Assembly (NCBI RefSeq): GCF_009914755.1
Contig: NC_060935.1
Reading direction: 5' to 3' (one strand)
From: the human T2T-CHM13v2.0 reference genome, Homo sapiens
DNA length: 64,000 bases
Part shown: one piece after another, positions 53,925-64,000 of the stretch
Layout: each line of letters starts with the position of its first letter
How positions within the stretch are numbered: the stretch's first letter is position 1
Position numbers and translations under genes: made by a program
The notes under the pieces: model-generated
The model's input: only the letters and a program-made list of their open reading frames with translations
The model's database searches: none
Told to the model about the DNA's origin: nothing

Positions 53925-54110
53925 TGATAGAGAAAGGGTTGAATTTGAAAGCAGGAGATTGGTATTCCAGGTCTGGCCCTGTCCAGCCACTGACAATAAG
54001 AGTCCAATCACTTCAGCTTTCCTCTGACTCATTTTCCTCATCTGTAAAAGTAAACAGTTTTGGACATAATGACCCATAAGGTCCCTTCTAACCATACTGC
54101 ATCTCTATAA
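53925..54110 (+). mobile_element. MIR3/MIRc SINE
   Basis: ctcattttcctcatctgtaaaa..taaggtcccttctaac. Confidence 0.75.
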
Positions 54111-54599
54111 TCCTTCAGCTCCATAAAAACAATTGCTCCTCTATTTAGTTTTAATATGACAAAGCAACTTTAACCTGCATTTGGGAATAGTGAAAAGAAT
54201 AGGATTGGAGACATTAGAATCATAGATTTTCAGGAAAGAAAAAAAACAGGAAAAAGACTAGAAAAATTCGGTGGGAAAAGTTGTTTGCTGATTTGCCTAG
54301 TTGTTTGTTTAAACTCATTTAATTCATTTGATCAAAGTGGTCTCCTGTGTATATCCAGTCTCAAAGGGCAGCAGAGGTAGAACATCTTTGAAATTGACTG
54401 TACATACCTTTCTCTCTTTCTAGTCCTTTATTATCATATGTACAGGAGGAAGGATGCTTTCCTGGTTAGAAGGAAAGTGTTTAGGCATCTTATATACAGC
54501 ATCATCCACTAAGCCTAGTTTAGTGCCTTAGACTTAATGAGCACTACAAAGATAGCTATTGAAGGGAATTACATTGAATCTATATAGAGCCCTTCTAGT

Positions 54600-55410
54600 T
54601 CTTTGGCAGTTTCTTTGTGTCTCTGTCAATTACTTTACTTCTCTTTGTTATTCTGTCTTTAAGCAAAAGGTAGTTTCAAGTATTATCAGTGGTCTTATCC
54701 TCTTCTGCATTCTCTCCTTAAATGATTTTGACCTGTTTTCTGGTTACACTTAGCTCCTGAGTGCTAATGACCCCCAGATCTTTATTTTGGGGCTTGACCT
54801 ATCTTCTGATACACGGATTTGCATTTCTAAGTATCATTTTCAACAAGAGACCCATCAGTATCCTAAATTTCACATGATATAAATGGAAATATTTGTTCTC
54901 ACCAAGAAATAGGTGAGATTAGGCAATAACTTGTATTATGGTTAATAATCATTCCTTTTTTCCTGGCATATTGTCTAGAAATGGTGGTGTCATCTTCAAT
55001 TTCTCTCTTTACCTCATCCACTTTTTCTCATCTCTGCAGCTAATCAGACTGTGTATGCTAGTCAAGTTGGCCTCCTTTTCAAGTTTCCTGTATTTAAATT
55101 CTGGCCTTGACAAGAAATAAGGGAACCCAGGCCAGTCATTATACCTCTTAAATGTTACTTTCTTTCTTGGTTGGGTTGCAGTGAGGATTAAAGGGGATAA
55201 TGCAAGTAAAGTGCTAAGCACAAGTCCTGGCACATAGCATGAACTCCATAAATGCTGCTGTTGTCTTTGCTTTTATTACATTTTCATTTTTCCCCTGTAA
55301 TCCCTTGACATCCTGTGTTACCTTCTTTTAGCATGTATATCAATCTGCCTTGCAGTATCATTAGGTACTTATGTGTTGATTTTATCGAGGAGACTGTAAG
55401 CTCCTGGAAG
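54600..55410 (+). mobile_element. L2 fragments with nested MIR (55070-55265)
   Basis: tgctaatgacccccagatctttat; agactgtaagctcctgga; MIR gtgaggattaaa..taatgcaagtaaagtgct..cctggcacatag. Confidence 0.6.
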
Positions 55411-55664
55411 CAACCAGTTCAGCTGGGCCCTCTGCAATCAGCCATCAGATGACCAGACAGAAAGATAACTCATGAAAGATCATGTATTAAGGGATGGGCC
55501 TGAAAATGGCGAGCTTCCCCTCAGCCATTTCAATGACCTACTTTACAATGACCAGAAGTAATCACAAGGCCCCATTGTGGAGAGGGAGGGTAAGGACTTG
55601 CTATCTTCCCATGTGCTCAAGAGGGAAACAAAACAGTAAACAAAACAGTGTGGAGAGCGCATAA

Positions 55665-56362
<698 letters not shown>

Positions 56363-56628
56363 ACTTACTGCATTACACAAACACACACACACATACACAC
56401 AAACATCTACACACATTTTAAGTGAAGAATGTTTACTGTTGGGCAGATATGTTGAGGAAATGTAGAACAAAAAAGAAATTGCCAGGCTTTTTCATCGAAA
56501 AGTTTTTTCCTTTATCCCTTTTTTCTCTCTTTCCCTCTTTCTGCCTTTCCATCTTCCTTCCTTTTTTTTCTTTATTTCTCTCTCTCTCTTCATCTTCCCC
56601 TCTTTCTGTTACATTTTGAAGAGGATGA

Positions 56629-56746
56629 GAGAGGGCAAGATCTTGGAAAAATACGTCTTTTATTAGTTCCCCACAATACTTTTCTTGGAGAGGGCAAGAT
56701 CTTGGAAAAATACGTCTTTTATTAGTTCCCCACAATACTTTTCTTG
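56629..56746. repeat. Perfect 59-bp tandem duplication
   Basis: gagagggcaagatcttggaaaaatacgtcttttattagttccccacaatacttttcttg twice, no mismatches. Confidence 0.97.
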
Positions 56747-57948
56747 AGATGCGGTGAATTCTGGTCATGAAGGCAACATCCTAGCACAATGAAAAAGTCC
56801 TGTCTAATTAAATGAACTTTGAAGCTCTAGGATGACCCCACTACCCTCCTTTCCACCTCCCACTCCCATCTTCATTTCCTGAGCGAACACAACCCTCAGC
56901 ATGCCAGGCTTCTTACCACCATTTGCAACTCCACTCTTTAGAAGAGAAAGCATGGCAAACTGTGCAGTCTTTCAAGGTGAATGTTAGCAGTAGCAGAATC
57001 AGTTGGGGCCTCTGGGTGCAGGTCAGGTTAGCCCTGTCAGACTTGGCCACAAGTCTGAAAAGCTGGAGTTGTTATATTTACCTGTCCTCAATTATGCTGA
57101 AATGAGGAAAGCCTTCTAGCAAGGTCTGGGGATTCAGGACAAGGATCAAAATGGCCCAACAGGAGTGCCTGAGAAAACAGTTCATTTTCTTACCAATAGA
57201 GTTTTACATCTAAGCAGTAAATTTTATCAGAGCCCTCTAACTCTAGTGAAATACAGCAAAGTGCAATAAATTTCACTTTATGGGTTTTATAGTTTAAAAA
57301 CAGCCTCAGGCAGTCTGGTTACTGAGAGAACCTGGTTGGAGCAGTCTCCAAGGGTTGGTTTCTATATGCAGGGATCCATGGAGATGACCCCATACAGGTT
57401 AGCGACCAGCCATTCAGGTAAGGTGTTACCTCCCGCTTGAACATCACTAAAGGTATGATCTAAGTTCTGTGTCTACACCTGTGAAGCTGGCTTTAAACAG
57501 TGAAGAAAGAAAGCAATTAAAGTACTAAGCAAAGGGCTTCTAGCGTCCCTGGGACAAGAATAAATGAAGTTCATTAAAGACAGGGGTTTAGTCACTGACT
57601 TATTAGAAGATAGCTGACTGCTCTATAAGGTCCCTTGGCCATTTTTTGTTTTTTGATTTTGTTTGTTTGTTTTTTTTCCAAGTGGTTTTGGACTTGGAGT
57701 AAATCAAACAACATTTCTTAAGGGAAACTCTTCCAACTGCCCCTCAACCAAAAATATTTTTATAATTTTCCCTGAGGCAGGCTTTTGTCTTTTCAATTGG
57801 ACTTTAATTGACTGTTTTCTTTACCTTAATAAGTTGTTAAGACTTGAGACGTTCTCTTAATTCTAACAAGGCCTGGTCACAATAGCAATTTGCATCACAT
57901 AGGACCTCCCCCTACCCAGACGACAACCACCAAACTCTGATCCTATAG

Positions 57949-58295
<347 letters not shown>

Positions 58296-58399
58296 GTATT
58301 TTTATTATTTTTTAATCAACTAGGATTCATGTTGAGTCCTTGTAATGGATCCACTGTCTAAGGCCTTTTGCCTTTATGTAATGATAAAACCCACTGGCA

Positions 58400-58452
58400 T
58401 TTATTATTTGGCAGGCATGATTGGAAGCACTTTATCTGTATTACCTTGTTTT

Positions 58453-58485
<33 letters not shown>

Positions 58486-58587
58486 CAGCCCATGAGGTAG
58501 AGCTTTATTCCTGGCCCTTTTACAGATAAGGACACCAATTTTCCCAGAGTTGCAAAGCTAGCAAGTGGGAAAGCTAGATTCAACTGC
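58400..58587 (-). mobile_element. MIR SINE with internal poly-A run
   Basis: ccatgaggtag..cccttttacagataagga..agctagcaagtgg. Confidence 0.75.
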
Positions 58588-58786
58588 CACTTAACATCCT
58601 TCATAGGTTCTTGGACACTGCTACTTTAAGCGAAATGATATACTGCAGGTCTTCAAATAATGTTGTTTTCCTTCAATGTCATTTTGTTGTAACACTGATG
58701 GAAAACAGATTGGTTCATTATAGGTCATTTGGCTTAAAGTTTCCTTTTTCAAGAACCTATGGACAATGTTAAGTGAGGACTTAACA
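58588..58786. mobile_element. MER6 (MER6C-like) palindromic TcMar MITE
   Basis: cacttaac..ataggttcttgg..actttaagcgaaa ... cttaaagt..caagaacctat..gttaagtgaggactta. Confidence 0.8.
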
Positions 58787-59189
58787 TACTCCCTTCTGGT
58801 TGGCACCTGGATGGTAGATGCAGTGTTCCCCATCAAAGCATTCATGTGCATGAGTTGATAAGCATGAGAGCTTTTATTTTGACCTGAGAAGGATTGAGTT
58901 GTTTTCAAAGAACATTAAGGAATACTTTAGTCTTTACAGTTGGGATGGAAGGGGTAGGGCAAGAACCCAACGGTTGGTTCTAGGTTCATGAAAAGATAGG
59001 GAGGCATTGCACTTTGGGAACTGAGTGGTATCATTCAACCAAGTCAAAAGAGGAGGGAAATACAGAATCAGGGTATCCCACTGCACTGGCAACTCCCTCC
59101 AACCACAGACCACAGGCCCTCCCTCCTAAGAATGCATCAGCAGAAGCAGTTATGAAGCAAATGGCCTAAGTGGCTGGCAGATATCCTCA

Positions 59190-59440
59190 ACTATCTGTCC
59201 CCAGAGAGACCTCAGGCACCTCATTCCCCATTTTCCATCTTCTACCCCAACCCTGTTTTATATTCCTTGGTGGTCCTCATCATTGCTTAATACAAATATG
59301 CTTATCTTGTTTTCTTATCTCTCTTCTCACTAGAATGTCAACTCCACAAAAGCAGGGACCTTATTTGTCTTGTTCATTGATCCCTGGTGCCTGGCATCTG
59401 GTATGACCTTAATAAATATTTGTTGAGTAAATGAATAAAA
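59190..59440 (+). mobile_element. L2 3' end
   Basis: ctagaatgtcaactccac..gcagggac..gtcttgttca..tgcctggca..aataaatatttgttgagtaaatgaat. Confidence 0.85.
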
Positions 59441-59614
59441 TGTAGACAGGAGATGTACCTGGAAGTCCCAAAAATAATTCAGAAGTGGTCAGTTGTGGTG
59501 GGGGAGGGTGGTTAAATGTGCTGAGATGGAAGTCACCAAGTAAGAACTAAGAGGCATAATCATTTTGGATTGGTGAAGTCTTGAAAAGTTTTGTTACAAA
59601 CAACATTTCAATAT

Positions 59615-59770
59615 AAGCATCACCATTTCCATTTTACAGATGAGAAAGCAAAGGCTCATAAAAATTAAATAAATTACTTGCCCCTGGTCCCACAGGCCAT
59701 ATGTGGAAGAACAGGAATTTGCAACTCCATCTAGCTGTTGCTATAGCTCATGCTATTTCTACTCCACCTC
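59615..59770 (-). mobile_element. MIR SINE
   Basis: ccattttacagatgagaaa..aggctca..acttgccc..ggtcccacag. Confidence 0.75.
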
Positions 59771-60569
59771 GTTAGTGAACGTCTACCACTGGAGCCTGTC
59801 TTCTATCTATGAGGTAGATGGAAGGGAAGAGACAACATGGGCATAAATCTCTCAAAGAACAGCTGCAACATATCTTTTATTTTGACAGCACTATGCAGGG
59901 CCAAAATCAAAACAAAACAAAAACAAACACGGCCAAAGTTCATGGCCTTTGTCTGCCAAAGCACAGCCAAAACAAAAGGGAGATCTCTTTGATGTAGGTG
60001 AACTAAAATGATCTCTTCATGGTCAACTTACGACCTAAAAATGTTTATTAAGCTGCAGTTACACAAAAGTGACATTGAGCTATCCTTTTTCATGGACCAC
60101 ATAACTCTCTAGGTACCACAGCATGGGAATGATAATGTCACAAAGAAAGAGACTGTGGTAGTAAATGTGTGAGGTCTTCTTATTTAAAGCTAGCTTATTT
60201 TCATTGTGGTTGACAATTACAGGATTTGTTGCTTTCACTGTCCTTGAAATATCTTTTCAAACAGCAGTGGTGGCGTCTTTGCCTGGTCCCTTGTTCCCTC
60301 ACAACTCCCAGGAGAGTTCTGAACTTTATTTTGCCAAGTGCAAAGAGAGTCAATGAGTAGTCAATGGTTGCAGCTAATCAATATCTTATCCCCAGTTCAA
60401 TTTCAACAATGGAGAATAAAGTGACATTTAAAAGGAGACCAAAGGGGAATTCTGTTAAGAACATCTCAGGAAATATATCAAGTTAGGATTAAAATGAAAT
60501 CTTCTATCTTTTGCTAAGAGATTTCATTTCTATAAACAATTCTTAGGAAAATAATACTAAATGCAGAAG

Positions 60570-60980
60570 TTTTACGCAAAAAGCTCTTGATTGAAACAGT
60601 ACTTATGATAATGGGAAATTGGAGAAAACCTAAGCAGCTACAGCAGGTAAAATGGTATGTAAGTTATAGTTACATTCATGCAGGAGACACGAGGCAATAA
60701 TCAAAAGATTATGAAATAACATAACATAAGGAATTGCTTATGCTTTAATGCAAAGTGGGAAAAAGTAGAAAACAAAAATTAATATTTGGTATCAGAGTGA
60801 CTATTAAAAAACTTTAATACATAGAAAAAAGATTGGAAGAAAATATACCAAAATGCCTAAAGGACTAGATTTATGTGACAGGACTAGAGATTATTTTTCT
60901 TTCCTCTGTTGGTTCATATAAATTTTTCAGGTATGTTTTATGTTTATATAAGGAAAACATCCTGATACACTTTATTTTTT
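60570..60980 (+). mobile_element. L1ME4-like 3' fragment
   Basis: aaattggagaaaacctaa..taagttatag..gattggaagaaaatataccaaaatg. Confidence 0.6.
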
Positions 60981-61268
60981 AAGCTTTGTTTTTAAAATAA
61001 AGATTTCCAAAGCTCTTGTAAGAAAATAAATTCATATTAAATAATTTCTATTTGTTGATGAATGTGGCTTTCAGTCTGCATGAGATGAATCACCCAACCT
61101 CTTTTAAAGCACTGGGTCTGAACTGGGCAGACACCTCTGAATATCCCTGAGAGAAGCAAGTGCTGTTTCAGAGGTATCCTGGTCCCATGAGAAAATGGGG
61201 AGGAAGAGACCACAGTTCTTTTCACGTCTGAGTCTTGTTAACATCACTAAATGAGAGAACACACTGAG

Positions 61269-61871
61269 TGTGGTAGCCAGAATTCTGAGAGCATCCTCAA
61301 AATTCTTGGGGTATATACACTCCTTCTCTCATTACTCAGTCAACACTAATTTAAGTGTTGCCTTGAAAGGATTTTACAGATGTAATTGAGGCCTCAAGTT
61401 AGTCAACATTAAGATACAAAAAATTTCGAGGTGACTCAATGTAATTACATGAACCCTTTAAATTCAGGTCTAGAGGGCAGCGTCAGGGAAGCCAGAGATT
61501 CCAAGCACAAGAAAGATTTGATGCAGCCTTGGTGACTTGGAGATGGAAGGGGCCATGAGGCAAGGAATGTAGACAACTGTAAGTGTTGAAAGTGGACCTC
61601 AGCTGGCAGCCAGTAAGAAAAGAGGAACCTTCAGGCTACAACCTCAAGGGACAGAATTCAGCCAACATCCAGAGTAAGTTTAGAAATGGACTTTTCCTCG
61701 GCGCCTCCAAATAAGAGTCCATTCTGACCTCTGCATTGATTTTAGGCTTATAAGATTAAGCAGGTGATCCAGCCACACGGTTCTGGTCTTCTGAGCTCCC
61801 GGAGAAATGCATGTTGTTTGAAGCTGCTAAGTTTGTGGCAATATGTTACTCAGCAACAGAAAACTAATATA
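61269..61871 (+). mobile_element. MLT1E-type MaLR LTR
   Basis: tgtggtagccagaattct..ggattttacagatgtaatt..aagctgctaagtttgtgg..cagcaacagaaaactaata. Confidence 0.88.
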
Positions 61872-62069
61872 CTTGGAATAGAATATTCACTGTGAATGAA
61901 GGAAGTTTTGAGCTCTATAAAAATGGAAAACTTTTATCTTACTCTCACTTCCAACTAATTTCCCAGATGCATTATCACTTCAGAACATTCTGCAGGGTAT
62001 TGGCGATGATTTTTCTTCTTTATAGAGATCCAGTATTAAGTTAGAGAATAAATAGTGGTAATAATAATA

Positions 62070-62230
62070 ATTAATAATAATATAGATAACATTTTGAGCG
62101 TGTTTATCATGTGCTAGCATTTTGCTAAACACTTTATCTGCATTCTCTCATATAATTCCCACAATGGTCATTTTAAGACAGAGATTATTACTATTTTCAT
62201 TTTGTGTTTTCGGAATTAGAGAATTGCAGA
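62070..62230 (-). mobile_element. MIR SINE (resumes after MER21 at ~63190-63220)
   Basis: taacattttgagcg..atgtgctagc..tgctaaacacttta..cacaa. Confidence 0.7.
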
Positions 62231-62256
62231 CATGTATAAATCTTCATATATAAACC

Positions 62257-63186
62257 TGTGATATTGTGGTATAATGGGAAATATATATTTTGTTTCTGCT
62301 CCTGGTTCCTGGCACAAAGCTACTAAAACCCTTGTAGTTTCCTGACTAATAGGGGTGCTAGGTATATCTTTGGTTCTGATATTGGGTCTTTGATTCCAGT
62401 TCCTGACATGGTGCTCATAATCCCTTAGAATTTTCTGGGTGATACATGTGTCTTTTTTTCTAAGGAAGTGACTCTTGATGGGCTACTGGATTGGAGCTTG
62501 TCACCAGAAAGACCAAGCCATGATTAGAAGCTTGGAACTTTCAGCCTCAGCCCCTATCCTCCAGGAAGCAGAGAGGGGCTGGAGATTGTTAATAATCAAT
62601 CTTGCCTATGTGATGAAGCTTCCATAAAAATCCCTGAATTCTGGGGTTCAGAGAGATGCAAGGTTGCTGAACATGTGGAGATGCTAGGAGGGTGGTGCCC
62701 TGGAAAGAGCATGGAGGTTCAAGAGCCCCTTTCCCCATACCTTGCCCTGTGTATCTCACCCCCTCTGGCTGTTAATCTGTATCCTTAGTAATATTCTTTA
62801 TGATAAAATGGCAAGTGTAAATAAAGTGTTTCCCTGAATCCTATGAGCCACTCCAGCTAATTAAGCAAACCTGAGGGGGTTCTAGAAAACACCAATTTAT
62901 AGCCCATCAGTCAGAAGTTCTAGAGGCCCATACTTGTGATTAGCATCTGGAGCGAGGGGCAGTCTTGCGGTGCTGAGTCCTCACCTTGTGAGATCTGACT
63001 CCAACTCCAGGTAGGTATTGTCAGAATCGAGTTAAATTGTAGGACACCCCATTAGTGTCCACTGGAGAACTGCTTGCAGTGTAAGGGGAAAATCCCACAA
63101 ATCTGGTGTCAACAGTCTTGTAATGTTTTGTTGAGAATATAATAGAAGATGCTTAGTTCATCTGTTTGTTTGTTTACTATCATACA
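62257..63186 (+). mobile_element. MER21 solo LTR
   Basis: tgtgatattgtg..aaatatatatt..gtcaccagaaagaccaagccatgattaga..taggacaccc..aca; near-TSD aaacc/gaacc. Confidence 0.88.
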
Positions 63187-63805
63187 GAACCAAAATCCAG
63201 GTCTGTCTGATCTTAAACCCATTTGCCTGGTGGAAAGTTATGGATGGTGCTCAGAGTTCACTGTTCTCTTTCTGTTTCATATGCTCAGGTGTGTTGCTAA
63301 ACATGAGATGCTGGGAAACTGAAAGGAATACGTAAGAAAGATGGCAACAATTAAAAAATGCAGAATGAGGTTGATCTAAAATAAAAGTTGACAACCAATG
63401 AAATGGAGTCCTTAAAATTCATTTTTCATAGAAGAACAGATAACGGAATTACATACTTAAGATAAATAATTGCCTGGGCTTGGTTTACTGAGATTTTTTA
63501 ACTGTGTTTTATATTTGTGATTTAAAAAACTATCAGGGAAGCTTATCTGCAATGTGTTAAGAGCCAACTACATAAATAGAAATCATAGACTCCATCAAGA
63601 GGGACAAAAATCATCTGATTCTTTTTATTAAATTATGGTAGCATAGATATTTAGAAAGCCAAGAAGTAAATTCTGTAGGACAAAGTAGGTCATATCTATA
63701 CTAGAGCCATTAAGAATTATTGCCAACTATTGACAATTATTATCAACTATGAGTAACAGGGTTATGTATCTCAGACAGGCCAAATATGAGGAGCTCACTC
63801 CAAAG

Positions 63806-64000
63806 CAGCTCTGTCCAGTGGAAATGTAATGCAGGATGCATATGTATTTACAAATATTCTAGTAACCACATTACGAAAGCAAAATGAAAAAGGTGAAATT
63901 AATTTTAATACTATATTTAATTTAACTCAATACATCCAAAATACTATCATTTCAACATGTAATTAATATAAAAATGTTGAGATATTTTGTATTCTTTTTC
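63806..64000. mobile_element. MER33 (hAT-Charlie), cut by window edge
   Basis: cagctctgtcca..ggtgaaattaattttaata..atcatttcaacatgtaat..tgagatatttt. Confidence 0.85.

Noticed and set aside
57300-57425. Possible exon ending in caggtaag (and a minus-strand ggtaagg near 44475)
   Set aside because: Isolated donor-like motifs are expected by chance; no convincing acceptor or reading frame, and no transcript data.
59930-59995. HNF4-like ggccaaagttca and TCF-like ctttgatg motifs
   Set aside because: One or two isolated motifs are too weak to support a call without conservation data.

Overview
AT-rich, CpG-poor primate (probably human or ape) non-coding DNA, intronic or intergenic. I cannot assign a gene or locus. 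Roughly half of the window is interspersed repeats: about 14 Alus (J, S and Y types), many MIR, L2 and CR1/L3 relics, old L1M fragments, solo LTRs (MLT1, MLT2, MST, LTR16, LTR33, LTR37, MER21, MER57) and DNA-transposon MITEs (MER53, MER81, MER5, MER58, MER2, MER94, MER113, MER6, MER33). I found no credible protein-coding region, tRNA, rRNA or CRISPR array; the supplied ORFs are chance or repeat-derived. I did not find a novel biological system. The real oddities are local genome-evolution events: an old duplication of a MER53 hairpin together with its flank, a train of four hAT-Charlie MITEs joined by 8-bp target sites, a heavily rearranged Alu (5 copies of a 16-mer plus a micro-inversion), three Alus inserted into one ~32-bp site, a perfect 59-bp tandem duplication and a 305-bp purine tract. 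There are also a few repeat-free, motif-dense candidate regulatory elements. Family and subfamily calls come from remembered consensus sequences, not a RepeatMasker run, and boundaries of old elements are approximate.
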